Assembly (NCBI GenBank): GCA_013265495.1
Contig: MU058636.1
Coordinates: 7,704,295 to 7,768,294, forward strand
Direction: 5' to 3'
DNA length: 64,000 nt
Source of the DNA: Vicugna vicugna
Taxonomy: Eukaryota
Under the pieces are notes generated by a model that ran no database searches, was not told the origin of the DNA, and was given only the letters and a program-made list of their open reading frames with translations. The translations under genes were made by a program, and so were the position numbers. Below are positions 1 to 13,120 of the stretch, piece after piece (positions within the stretch are counted from its first letter, which is position 1; each line of letters opens with the position of its first letter).

Positions 1-1844
1 AGAGGAGGCCCGTGGGAGCAGAGAGAGCAGAGGGCTGCTGGCGGTGACTGCATGGGGTGGGGTGATTTCACTCTGGTTGGAAAAAGATCCAAGCTTCATT
101 TGCAAACAAGCTTGCTGAAGCCAGCCACTCACCCCAGGCTTTCCAAGGTTAGCCCACCCACCGCCCTTCCAGGTGCTAAAGTACTTTTCTCCCATTCACG
201 GCTGTCTATGACATAGTTAAAAATGTTCACGTAGGTTTGCAGCACGTGGTGGGGGTGGGGTTGTGTCTGTCTGGGTAAGGGTCACTCCGCTTCAGGACTA
301 AGCATCCTAGATGTTGTCCTGTCTCTCAGGGTCCAAAATTCTTTCTGTCTAATGCTTCGGAATTAAAACTTTCTGTCAGATTTGATCCATTCAACAGAAC
401 GTCAAGCCTCCCTTTAAAATGACTTAAATATGTCATACAATTTCTTTTTTTTTAAAGCTGCCCACTTCATGGCAGCTTCACATTTCCAGAAACATTTATC
501 ATGTCTTACTAAAGAGATTCCAGTGTCACACAAAACGTATTCAACACATCGCCTTGACTCTTATGGGTGTGTTGTGAACTATTACTGTGATCAGAAGGTA
601 CATACAGTCTTGCTCCATGATGTTTTGACCTAAATATTTATTTTTTTATATTTCTTTTGTTTTATTCTTTAATCAGACTGAGGTGACTAGCGTGGCCATT
701 CTTTTGTGTGAATATCCTCATTTCTACTGCCATTTATAATGCAAAGGTAGCCACTTCCTATTTCTTTACTCTGGCCAGGGGCATTATTTATTTACAGAGC
801 TGATAATGTTATATGACTCTTGTGAACTGATCTGTATCAGGGTTTTGCTGTTGTTCTAAATTTTGCTTTCCATTTAATTTCAGACTTGAGCTTATCCAAT
901 ACTGTTTGTATTTACCTTTTCATTAGGTATTCAGGTCAAGAAGATAACAGAGCTCCTGTTGAAACCCTGTGTGAAAAAAGAACTCCTCTGAGAAACTTCT
1001 AAGAATTGTATCCTTTCAAGGCTAAACTGCTGTTCCCATCAGTTGGGTAAACTAGATTATAGATTTGACTTTTTGCAATTTGGGATGTAGATGTGTACGC
1101 GTACTGCGGAGCTGCTGAGACAATAAATGCTGAGGATTAGCCCCTACAATATGACTGCCAGAGGGGCCAAGAAGTGGGCTGTCAAGTCCTTGTTTTGCCC
1201 TTGCTGCTCGTGAAAAAATAGCCTTCTCCAGTTACATCCTTCCTCCCCAGAGATTACATGAGTCCCGGCACCAGCCAGCCCAGAAGTACATGCAGGTTTC
1301 TAGACAGTGATGCTGACGACCAGTGAAGCTCAACCAGCAGTAGCCCCGGCACGCAAGACCAGGGGAAGAACTTGATACAGTTCTCCTGAAAGGGAGCCAA
1401 ACCAGCGTACACCAGGGTAGTCTTTCTAAACAGGAAAACGTTATTAGTCATGAAAATGATTTTACCCCTTCATCCTGTAATCTCAAGTCTATGAATAAAT
1501 ATTGAGGGCAATGATGATGACGACAACTTAATTCCTATACATCTAGGGATTTCTTATTTTTGAACAAAGTCACATTCCAGAGGCAGAATTTAGCAGCAAG
1601 GAAATTTTAAAGAGTGATTATCTTCTTTACTTTTACTTATTGAAGAACATTAGAGGGATATGATTCATAACCCTGAGGTACATCTTTTAAAAGCCCCTTC
1701 CTCCACTCTCCAGGTTTCCTGTGCTTCAGGATCACTTCTCTGTCGATGCTCTAAAACTGTCCCTCCAGCTCTGCCTTACATTGAACTTTCCCCTTTCTTT
1801 CCTGCTCTTATTATAGGAGATACCTTCGCTTCTATGCCAGTAAT

Positions 1845-1891
1845 GAAAGAAAGAAAGAAAAGAAAGAAAGAAAGAAGGAAGGAAGGAAGAA

Positions 1892-1987
<96 letters not shown>

Positions 1988-1990
1988 GAA
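1845..1990 (+). repeat. (GAAA)n / (GGAA)n polypurine microsatellite
   Basis: ~145 bp of purines only, mostly GAAA units. Confidence 0.97.
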
Positions 1991-2912
1991 GTCTTAAGGA
2001 GAAGAAAGAAGAGGACAACTGGGCAAGCACCGTTTCTATTGGATTATGGACTGGGTTTTGGAAGTGGAGGATCAGGAAAGGCATCCTACTTAATAATTTG
2101 ATACTTAATAATTTTGCTGCAGCACAATAGCTGCCCTTGGTTATGCTATTCCCACATTGCAACCGCATGTTAGATTCTCTCTCTGTGTGTGTTTATCATT
2201 GAAGTCTTACCAGCCTCGTTATAAAGAAAAGACGTCTGAGCTTCAGAGAGGATAATTAATATTCCCACAGGCACCATTGCCTAAACGTGGGTAAGCCAAG
2301 ACCTGAATTCAGATTTTTCTTCTTCCAAAATGTGTGCATCTGCCACCAGTCACTATGCCTGTTATCCTAAAGAATTAATTCAAAGGGAAATAAACAAATC
2401 ATTTGTATGCATCATTTAGATTACATAATGGTCAAAGCATCAAGGCACAAAAATATGATTAAGTAAATTATTACCCACCAACTTAACAGACTTCTGTAGC
2501 TATTGAAACTTACAAAATAATAATTGATAAAACCATTAAATGAGGTTTTGTATACATATAATTATAACCATTTAAAACTACTCATATACAGAATTAAAAT
2601 TCACTAAAGTCATAAAGATGCAAAATATGTCTATTAAGGGGAAGGGAAAGGGGTTATATTTTTCTCTAAGATTATTTATCCTTTTCATGACTTTTGTTTG
2701 TCTTTTGAAAGAAGGATTGTCATTCCCAGGTGTACTGATTTTGCTGACTACAAGCTTTGCAAACTCAGATTCAAGCTGGCAAAGCTAAATTCCCATTATT
2801 CTGATAGATTGAGACAATTCACATTCTTATCTGCTTCTCCTATTTCTACCAAAACAGAACTTGACAGTGGCACAACCTAAAACAAAACCAACCCACATGC
2901 CTGCTCTCCTGT

Positions 2913-2928
2913 CCTGCAGGGGGCACTG
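2913..2928 (+). promoter_or_regulatory. Candidate CTCF site
   Basis: CCTGCAGGGGGCACTG closely matches the CTCF core consensus CCASYAGRKGGCRSY; it lies in a locally CpG-enriched patch. Confidence 0.55.
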
Positions 2929-3334
2929 CGCGCTTGTTGAAACGGAAGACTGGTGGTTCCAGCCCCAGGCAAAGCGGTAAGTTAGCAGGTGAGCCGCTCT
3001 GCCCGCCTGCAGGCCGGTTCCCCGTCAGACACTGAGCCTTTCAGACTCCTCCTTTCCCTGCTTGCCTGACCACTCTGATCGTCGTCCTAGGAAAAAAGAC
3101 TCGTATCGTTTCTTTTTTTTTTTTTTTTTGCATTAAAACACATTTCTTTACTCCTTTTATTTAAATGTTACTCTTAAAATAATTTAATACTCAAGAGTAA
3201 TAAATCCTTTATGTTTGTATTTTCTAAGTGCATTTTAACTGCTATAAAGATTATTCTATTGATTTCCACAATTTCTATGTGAAGAGGGTAAGTCCAAAAA
3301 AAATTTCGTCTATATTTTCCAGTTGCCTCTGACA

Positions 3335-3677
3335 CAATTTTTCGTGTCAGTTTGCATTCCTCTGAAGACTAGTGACGTTGGGCATCTTTCGCGTACCTGT
3401 CGCCCATTTATTAGTCTTCTTTGGAAAAAAGTCTATTCAGATCTTCTGCCCATTTTCTAATCAGTTTTTTTTTTTACTATTGAGTTGTATGAGTATTTTT
3501 AAAAATATATTTTGGGTAGTAACCTTTTATCAGATATATGATCTGTAAATATTTTCTCCCATTTTTTAGGTTGCCCTTTGATTTTGTTGATGGTGTCCTT
3601 TGCTGTGCAGAAGCTTTTTAGTTTAATGTAGTTCAACTTGTTTTTGTTTCTTTCGCCTATGCTTTTGGTGTCAAATT
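3335..3677 (-). mobile_element. Old LINE-1 ORF2 fragment
   Basis: Antisense L1 motifs (tttgctgtgcagaagctttttagtttaatgtag; gagttgtatgagt). Confidence 0.85.
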
Positions 3678-3790
3678 GTTGTGAATGTTCTTAATGCCAC
3701 TGAATTATACACTTTAAAATAGTTAAAATGGTAAATTTTATGTTATGCCTGTTTTACCACAGTAAAAACAAAAACAAACAAACAAAAAAG
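3678..3790 (+). mobile_element. Old LINE-1 (L1MB-like) extreme 3' end
   Basis: gtgaatgttcttaatgccactgaattatacactttaaaatagttaaaatggtaaattttatgttatg followed by an A-rich tail. Confidence 0.8.
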
Positions 3791-6026
3791 CTCAAAACCA
3801 AGATCAACCTTGATCGTGTGTCTTCTTCTAGACCAGCTTGCCATTTCCACGCCTAAAATGTCCTTTCTGACATTTGTTATTTGTCGGGTTCTTTCCCTCT
3901 GTCTTGAACTCTGCACACCCACTCTGACCATGTGTGTGTCACAATCACACTTGAGCCTGTAACTGCCAGACCATCAGGCTCCCTCCCACTTCATCTGGCT
4001 TCATGTAGGTCCCTAAAACATTACCTTGCCAATACTTGCCCTTTTTTACTTGTCTCTTTGTGTCCCTAACTTTTCCTCCGCCTGTGACGAGGGGCTTGTA
4101 TATCACCCTTCACTGTTTCCCTCTGGCTTAGATCTCCTTCCTATAGGGGCTGAGCTTTGCTGCCTGTTTGTTCACCGTCAGCCCTGAGGGCTGACAGACA
4201 GACAGACACTTGCACAACACGCTTCCTTTGCCTCATTCCAATCCCCAGATCCCGGCACACGTTTGTTACATCCGGGGAGTCAGGCGGGAGTGTTGCTTGA
4301 AATAGCATTCTCTCTTTTTCAAGAGATTGAGACCTTTATGGAAACACTGATACTTAAAGTTTAGGAGGAAGTTATATATTGACCGTATTCTTCACTTATA
4401 TCAAATGCTACTGAAAAGTCTCAACCTGTTTAGATGAAGAACACGATGCGACACTTACTGGTTGGAGATAACTGCGTCCCCATCCTGGTGACACATCTCC
4501 ACTGCAGGGATAGAACTGTTGGATCCAAATGTTCTGCTCTCTCCCCTCCGAGACCACTGAGTCTGCAATGCAGCCTCACCAACAACTAGTTGTTATGAAA
4601 CATACCAAGCCACAAAGGGATTCTCAATTACTCAGGAACAACAGATTGTTATATGCTCAGTTGGAGAAGGCATTGCCTTCAGAGGAAAATCTCTGATAAT
4701 AAAAGTGTTCGTGGCTTGATGAAGTACCCTATACACCCTGACATCTCAAATACTTGTCTAGAGTAGTGGTGATTCCACTAGGAGTAAATAAGCCTAGTGC
4801 CATTTGGACACGCCATTAGTTATTGGAAAACTATTCAGGGCAGCAACCCCTTTCTTGTTCATTCGCTCGTGCACTCACGCATTCCACAAACACTGCTACG
4901 GGTCAAGCATATTCTCGGAGCTACAGTTACAGTGGCAAATATATGAAGGTGAGTCCAAGGTTCTCTTTCTTTCCTTTTTATTCTTGGAGTTTATATTTGA
5001 TTTTGAGTTATTTTTGATCCCGGCACTCCAAAAACTTTAATTTTCTAGAAGTAGTTTGAGGATGGCCAACAAGGGCAGACACAGTGGGAACCCTGATCCT
5101 ATCCTCAGTCCAAACAGTCCTATTTCTCTTTCTTGGAAGGTTTCACTGACTCCTGATGCAGTTTCCCACATCCTCCCCAAACAATGTCCACAGGAAAAGT
5201 CTGGTGAAAAAAAGTCACATTCTTTAAACTGTAATACAACGGGTCTGGCCCCTAAAATAGAATTTGCTGCTCTTTTCTCTTTCTGAAACTCTATTGGGAA
5301 ACCTAAGGAAGCACTAGAATTCTGAAATTTGAATATGTATAATCGTTTAACTTTGGCTTATGTGATTCATAAAGCAGTAGGGAAATTAGCTTTACAATCT
5401 TCCTTGCAGAAAAAAAAATCAATTTTCTTTCAGTTTCAGCCGTATAAATTGGAAATTGGCTGAAGGGATTTTAGCAAAAGGCAAATCTATCATCACTTTA
5501 GGATTTATAGAGGTAAAAATGGGACCATTAGAAACTACAGCATAGACTGTATTTTGGCTGTTTATATTTTCAGTGAAACTGTGTAAAACAAGATAAAGCC
5601 TGCTGGAAATAAGATTTTAGAGTAGCAGGATAATTTCAGGATGTATTGAGTCCATCCCACTTGAAGTTTTTAAAAAACATTTTTTAATGAAATTCTAATT
5701 ATCATTAATATGGGAATGCTAATTAATCAAGGAGTAATTTAAGATTTGCCCAAGCCCGAAGAGATTGCCTATTGGTAACTGAAAAGGGAGAAATTTCCCT
5801 TTGTAGCAGTGGATCTAGAAAGAAAATTTCTAAACCATTTAGTTTGCAAAGACTTTTTGCTTTTTCTACAGGAAAAGACTTACTTGATGTAAGACCTACC
5901 TGATGAGGTAAAAACTTCGAGATTTTTTCAGCAAGACAATAACAACACGAGCACCATAGATATTGAAGAACAGGCATATCAATCCTACTCTGACACTGAA
6001 AAAACCAAACAGGAACATTTCCTAGC

Positions 6027-6489
6027 TATATTAGTACCTTGTTGCTGCTATAACAAATTACCACAAATTTAGTGGCTTAAAACACCACCCATTTATTCTC
6101 TTACAGTTCTGGAGCTCAAAAGCCCAAAATGAGGCTTCCAGGACTCAAATCAAGGTCTGCGCATGACTGGTTCTTTCTGGTTCCTCCAAAGGACAATCCA
6201 TTTCTTGCCTCTTCCAGCTTTTAAAGCTCCCAGGTTCTCTGGCTCATAACCATTTGTTGCCAATCACTCCAATCTTTTACTTCCCCCATCATTTTGTGCT
6301 CTCTTGTAAGGACCCTTATGATTTCATCGGGCTCACTCAGATAATCCAGGATAATTTCTCCATCTCAAGATCTTTACTGTAATCACATCCATGAAGTCCC
6401 TTCTACCACATGAGGGCCATTTTACCATTCACAGGATTCAGGGATTAGGGTGTGGCTATCTTTGGGGCATCATTATTCAGCCTACCATA
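6027..6489 (-). mobile_element. MaLR (MLT1-type) solo LTR
   Basis: Diagnostic MLT1 ends: gctgctataacaaattaccacaaatttagtggcttaaaac ... cattattcagcctaccata. Confidence 0.88.
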
Positions 6490-6609
6490 ACCTCAGGTCA
6501 GTTATTTAATCTCCACAAACCTCTCAAATGGAGAAAAAAATGAAATAAAGAAGATATTTTGTAAACTTCAGAAGGATAATACCCATGCTAATATTTAATG
6601 GCATTTCTA

Positions 6610-8363
6610 CTGCCCAAGGCAATCTACAGATTTAACGCAACCCCTATCAAATTATCCAAGACATTTTTCATGGACCTAGAAGAAAAAATCCTAAAATTTA
6701 TATGATATCACAAAAGACCCAGAATTGCTAAAGCAATACTGAGGAAAAAGAACGAAGCTGGAGGAATAACACTCCCAGACTTCAGACAATTACTACAGAG
6801 CCACAGTAATCAAAACAGTGTGGTATTGGCACAAAAACAGACATATGGGTCAAAACAGACGGCCCAGAAGTAAACCCGCAGACCCACGATCAACTAATCT
6901 TTGGCAAAGGAGGCAAGAATGTACAATGGAGAAAAGACAGTCTCTTTAGCAAGTGATGCTGGGAAAACTGGACAGCTGCCTGTAAATCAATGAAATTAGA
7001 ATACTCCCTCACACCATACACAAAAATAAACTTAAAATGGCTTAAAGAGTTAAATATAAGACAAGACAGTATAAACCTCCTAGAAGAAAACATAGGCAAA
7101 ACATTCTCTAACATAAATCTTAGCAATGTTCTCCTAGGCCAGTCTACTCAGGCAATAGAAATAAAAGCAAAAATAAACAAGTGGGACCTAATTAAACTTA
7201 CAAGCTTTTGCACAGAAAAGGAGACCATAAGCAAAACAAAACGACAACCTATGGAATGGGAGAAGATACTTGCAAATGATGTGACTGACAAGGGTTTAAC
7301 TTCCAGACTATACAAACAGCTCATACAACTTAATACAAAAAACAAACAACTCAATCCAAAAATGGGCAGAAGACTTAAACAAGTAACTCTCCAATGAAGA
7401 CATACAAAATGGGCAGAAGACTTAAATAAGTAACTCTCCAATGTGCCAATAGACACATGAAAAAATGCTCAATATTGCTAATCATCAGAGAAATGCAAGT
7501 CAAAACTACAATGAGGTATCACTTCACACCAGTCAGAATGGCCATCATTAAAAAGTCCACAGACAACAAATGCTGGAGAAGGTGTGGAGAAAAGGGAACC
7601 CTCCTACACTGCTGGTGGGAATGTAGTTTGGTGCAGCCATATGGACAACAGAGAAGATTCCTCAAAAAACTAAAAACAGACTTAACCGTATGATCCAACA
7701 ATCCCACTCCTGGGCATTTATCTGGAGGGATCTCTAATTCAGAAAGACACATGGCACCCCAATGTTCACAGCGGCACTATATACAACAGCCAAGACATGG
7801 AAGTAACCTAAATGTCCATCGACAGATGACTGGATAAAGAAGCTGTGGTATATTTATACTACTCAGCCTTAAAAAACAATAAAATAATGCCATTTGCAGC
7901 AACATAGATGGGCCTGGAGATTGTCATTCTAAGTGAAGTAAGCCACAAAGAGAAAGAAAAATATCATATGATATCACTCATATGTGGAATCTAAAAAAAA
8001 GAAAGAAAGGAAGAAAGAAAGAAGAGGACACTAATGAACCCATCTACAAAAGAAACAGACTTGCAGACATAGTAAACAATCTTATAGTTACTGGGGGAAA
8101 GGAGGTGGGAATGGATTTGGGAGTCTGAGATTTGCAAATGCTAACCACTATATATATAAATAGATAAAAAACAAGTACCTTCGGTATAGCACACAGAACT
8201 ATATTCAGTATCTTGTAACAACCTTTAATGACAAAGAATATGAAAACAAATGTCCCAGCATGACTGGGACATTATGCTGTACACCAGAAATTGACACAAT
8301 GTAACTGACTATACTTCAACAAAAAAAAAAGAAAGAAAAGGAAAAATCAAAACAAACAAAAAA
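6610..8363 (+). mobile_element. 5'-truncated LINE-1 (end of ORF2, 3'UTR, A-rich tail), relatively young
   Basis: ORF2-like peptides ([44 protein letters not shown]) broken by frameshifts and stops; perfect 17-bp TSD ATTTAATGGCATTTCTA at 6593-6609 and 8364-8380. Confidence 0.95.
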
Positions 8364-8434
8364 ATTTAATGGCATTTCTAGCTCTGTGGATCTATGACAA
8401 TCTCATGCCAATCAGAAAAGCTGCATTACTGTTA

Positions 8435-8960
8435 ATTTTTTCAGCTTTAAGTATAATTGACAATTAAATTGTACGTATTTAAAATGTACAACATAATTAT
8501 TCAACATACATGTACTTTATGAAATGATGACCATAATCAGGTTAATGCATCTATTTCACATAGCTACATTTTAAAATTTCCTTTTTCCTTTCTTTTTTTC
8601 ATTTTTTCCTTTCTTCCTTCCTTCCTCTCCCTCTCTCACTCTCTTTTTTGGTGAGAATGCTTAGGATTTATTCTCTTAGCAAAGTTCAAGTACACAGCAC
8701 AGTATTATTAACCGTAGTCACTATGCTGCAGATTCTTCATTTTGTAATTGAAGGCTTGCACCTTTGACAAGGATCTCCCCATTTCCCCACCCTGCGAGCT
8801 CCTAGTAACCACCATCCTTCTACCTGTTTCTGTGAGCTCAACATTTTTTTTTAGATTCCGCATATAAGTGAGATCATACGGTATTTGTCTTTCTCTGTCT
8901 GGTTAATTTCACTTAGCGTAAAGTCCTCTAAATTCATTCATGTTGTTGCAAATGGAAGGT
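8435..8960 (-). mobile_element. LINE-1 3'UTR fragment (L1MA-like)
   Basis: Antisense L1 3'UTR (aagtgagatcatacggtatttgtctttctctgtctggttaatttcacttagc). Confidence 0.85.
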
Positions 8961-11900
8961 ATTGTTTGTGCAGGGATTCCTTCTCAGCTAGAGATTCTTC
9001 TGAAACTTCTATCAGTTGTAACCAAGGAAGCGAGGGGATGGGGGTCAGTCTGTGCTTAATCTTAAGAAGAGAGGCTAGCATCTCACTGCCCATAATGTCA
9101 GGACAAGCAGCACAGAAAGTTGGGCTCAGTAAATGCTTTCAGTTGAATGGAAATGCATACTTGCAGTTGAATGGAACTGCACATTAGAAGTTGCGTGGAA
9201 TTGCACACCACTTGCTCTTGTAGTATCTCCTGCTTTTTTTGCAACCAAGCCTGGTCCTATGGGGCAGTCAAGGTATCAGGTATGAGTAAGAAATAACTAG
9301 AATTACAAGATATGTTAGGAGCCGGAAAACAATCCTTTCACTTCTACATAAGCCACATGTTCAGATATCCCAGAAAAAATTTTTGTTCTCATAGTTGCAG
9401 TATGCCAACAGTTCTAAAATCAGCATCGGTGATCTGGTTTGGAAATACGAGGGTGGATGTAATAGAATTGAACAAAGGGACATGTAGGTAAAGGAGCAAG
9501 TATTGAAAGTGGTAGGTGGGTTGGAGAAGGAATTAAAGGACATTGAGATACTGATCAACTACGCAGCTGGTGTTTGCTAATTAATACTATAGCTGTGAAA
9601 TAAGAAAAGAAATAAAAAAATGTGACAGCAAGTTAGTGATCATTTCAGGATGAAACATTTACTAGTATAATTATTTGTTTTAAACATTAGCTTTACAGAA
9701 TATCATGCTCATTAACAACTTTAAAAAGTGACAAGATTCAGGTACAATCTGAAGCTGATAATTAATTGATACTATATATATCTTGTAATAAAACTGAAAG
9801 GAAATGTGGATTTAGCTATAGAAATGTAATTACACATAAAGGTTGCATCTTCTTTTGAGAGGTTGATTGATGGTGTTTGAAATGCTTCCAATTATTTCAA
9901 AATCTGACTTTTGTTATAAAATGACAAACTGGAGGAAATTTAAAAGTGATTTAAATATTTTTGAAGGTATAAGTCAGCGGAAATTCTAAAACTGCTTCAT
10001 AAACATTTTATTAAAATCTATGGAACGTTAATATATTTTAGCATTCTATTATTTTAAAGACCTCAGATCCAAAGCGCATAGATCCAAAATATGCATCTGT
10101 AAAAATCTCTCAGTGTGTAATAAAATGTCACCATGAGCTCCTTGGGCAAAAGGCTACTAGCTGTTCAACCAATCAAGATTTGAGCATAGTCACTTAGGAA
10201 TAGAAATTCAGAGATCTATCTCTTCATGCTTTTCTTTATGCTGCAGAGTTGGAGATAGCCTGGAGGATCTCAGAGGAGGATGAATGTTTCTCAGGACATC
10301 AGATAATCATACCTATTACTGCAATAGAAATATTGTCAAGGAGAAACTTGCAGGAGGACCCTTGCTGGGGACTGGCTTGGGTGGGTGGATAGCACTGGGA
10401 GCTCAGACATGGCTGATTTGGGGGAATCCTGAGTTCTGAGTTGAGGGTGTTCCTCCATAGAAGACTTGTATTTGCTTGTATTTGCTTTTGCCAGGTGCTC
10501 CAAGACGCTGCCAGTCCGACACCCCTTTAAATATTTGGCATTTCCTGGATGCTGTAGGTAATATGATCTGAACCATGAATCCAAGTGAAAGGGCCGGAGT
10601 TAAAAATTCTCAGGTGAGAGTTCTCAGTTTTTATTTTACTTTTCTATCCAGAGCAAGAGCCAGAATACAGAGTTTCCTGGTTTTCTCCCTTTTCCCTGGG
10701 GTAATTTTTTCCTTCCAGTTCACTGTTTTAATGAGGGTGTAGTCCTCGAGTGCACGAATGTCTGCTGGGCCCTGGATTCTAACTCTGCTTTGCTCAAGTC
10801 TAAGGCCTTCCTTCTTATTCCAGAAGTCATTAAAACTCAAGGTTCTTCCTAAATATTTGAGATGTTTTTGTGGAGGAGTAGTTAATTTTGCATCATGTCA
10901 TTGAAAGGAGCTAAAGTCTCTGACAGTGGACATAGCTCCTGGATCATTTCATATTAAATATGTAAGGAAGTTAGGAATTATGACTTAAAAATCATATAAA
11001 GTCTGGTAATAATTTTCTTAGCATTTTTTGATAAATAACAAAAGTAGAAGCAAGTTGATATATGTATTGAAATTCTGAGAAGAGTTACATTTTAGGATAA
11101 CACAGATATAGTGTTTATTCTAACATGACTGCTGCAAGGCTAATAGTGCAGTTTGATACTTACTAATGAATATCATTACTCAGATGAAAGTGTTCACTTA
11201 GCAACCCCAAAATCTATCTTTTTACATATCACTAAAGGAAACTGGCTTTGATCCATGAGTATGTATGTATACGGCGAGAGTAGTTCACAGTGGAACTTGG
11301 TTTAAACCATGTGAAGCCAACACATATCTTCCTTGAAAAGAATTCCACTAAAAAGAAGCTAAGTGTCCCTTAAAGGTCATTTAGTACAAGCTCCATCTAA
11401 CATCGAATTTGTGGTGTTGCATACAAATTCCATTCTTATCAATAGATCTGAGAAGGGTTTGCAACATTTTAGATGGTAGTTTTTTGCAGATTGCTATTAA
11501 ATGGAGGAAAACCAGCCACTTTGCATGTAAATATTCTAGGAGTTTTCCATCAGTTTCCAGGATAGAGTCCAGCAGCAGATGAAACCAGAGCATCTCCTAA
11601 GGATATCTGGTTTAGATTTACTTTGGGGAACCAGTAACTCATTCATGTTGAGCCAAAGGGAAGCTGGGAACAGATGGTCCCAGGAGCCAGCTTCTCCATT
11701 TCAGTATTTGTAGAACTCACCAGGGAGTAGTGGGGAATCCTAACACAGCATCGGGGGGAAAGCTCCTTCTCTGTAAACACAAAAGCTGAAACACACGTAG
11801 ATTTTCACAGTGCGTATTAATACATGAATTCTATGGAATAATAATGATGATGAAGATGGTCCTTAGAGAAACAAGGCTCTAATTCCCTGCTGCTCAGACA

Positions 11901-13028
11901 CCTTGAGGTCAGCTGAGCCCTGTAGCTAGATTAGCTTTCAGATATTAGTTCCTTCTGTACGTAAGATCCTTAGGTATTCTCTTACTTTTGTATGATCTCA
12001 GGCATACATTTTAAATAAGTTCTGTGACATTCATCTGGCATCTAGAAGTCCTTCTGTGGGAGGATTTAAGATAACCTGCTTGCCCTACTGCCAGAACGAG
12101 ATGATCTCAGCCATTTGTATTCCTTATTTTCGATTCTAAGTAGGTAACTGTAATGTTTTTGTGAAATGCAATAATAAGCACATTCATCAAATCATTGTTA
12201 AAAGCAATAGTGAGATACCATCAGCTTCATTTCTGAGCAAGCAGCTTATCTCAAATATATGTTTTATCAGCTGACCTTTTTGTTCATTGTATGACACTGG
12301 AATTTCAAGAAAATAATGTAAGTTAAGAGAAATAACATCAGAACAGCTCCCCATGCCCTTTTAATTGACTTTCCGAAGCAAATTTAGATAATGCATTGCC
12401 GTTTGCAACTTAGTCCCTTTTCTGGGGTGCTTTTCTTCGCCTTGGAAAACAAGTAACAACAACAAAAAATCTCCAAAGCCTTAAAATACTCTAAACTTTT
12501 TCCTAGAACTTCTATGATATCTCTTTAGTGCATGTAAACTTTAAAAGCTTTGCAGGTAAATGTCTGAAAATGAATTTCATATCATTTCTAAAATCTGGCA
12601 AGGGAAATTCTCTCTAAAGATATCAATCTCATTGACTCAGCAGTTTTATTAAACTTTAATCACCTTTTCAATATTTTCATTGTTGAGTACATGTTCCCCT
12701 AAGGTAAAGATTCAACCACTTAGAGCTTGAAAGATAAATATATAATTTTCATAAAGGTCTTGTAATCCTTAGATACTGGTTGAGTAATAACACAGAATTG
12801 AATAGCACTGTCAGCACTGAATCTATCAGACCCAGATTCATAGCAGGCGAGTGACGTGTGCTCCAGAGGCAGGAGCTTGGACTCTTGAGCAAGAGCAAAG
12901 GTTATCTGAAATCTGAGGTTTAACATAGAATTTACAACAATTAGTAGGATTGATTCATAGTCACTATTAGAGAAGTATGGAATAGATTGTAAATTCTGAA
13001 GACAAGAACCCATGTCTCTCTTGCACAC

Positions 13029-13120
13029 TTTTTTGTTTTTTAAATGGAGGTACTAGGAATTGAACCCAGGACCTCATGCATGCTAGGCGTGCACTCTATC
13101 CCTGAGCTATACCCTCCCCC
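13029..13120 (-). mobile_element. tRNA-derived SINE (camelid Vic-1-like)
   Basis: Reverse complement GGGGGAGGGTATAGCTCAGGGATAGAGTGCACGCCTAGCATGCATGAGGTCCTGGGTTCAATTCCTAGTACCTCCA + A-rich tail; Pol III A box (TAGCTCAG) and B box (GGTTCAATTCC). Confidence 0.85.

Noticed and set aside
1660..2168. 156-aa (+) and 130-aa (-) ORFs with KERK / FFLS repeats
   Set aside because: Open only because they cross the GAAA microsatellite; no domain similarity.
3335..3790. Possible twin-primed (5'-inverted) L1
   Set aside because: The antisense ORF2 piece and the sense 3' end are several hundred nt apart in L1 coordinates and I found no TSD; two independent fragments cannot be excluded.
6890..7752. ORFs resembling reverse-transcriptase-associated protein
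   Set aside because: Fragments of disrupted L1 ORF2 and their antisense frames, not host genes; the same applies to 50536-51532 and 57215-58082.
13040..13120. tRNA-like sequence with A and B boxes
   Set aside because: Has an A-rich tail and a second diverged copy at 52.7 kb; a tRNA-derived SINE, not a tRNA gene.
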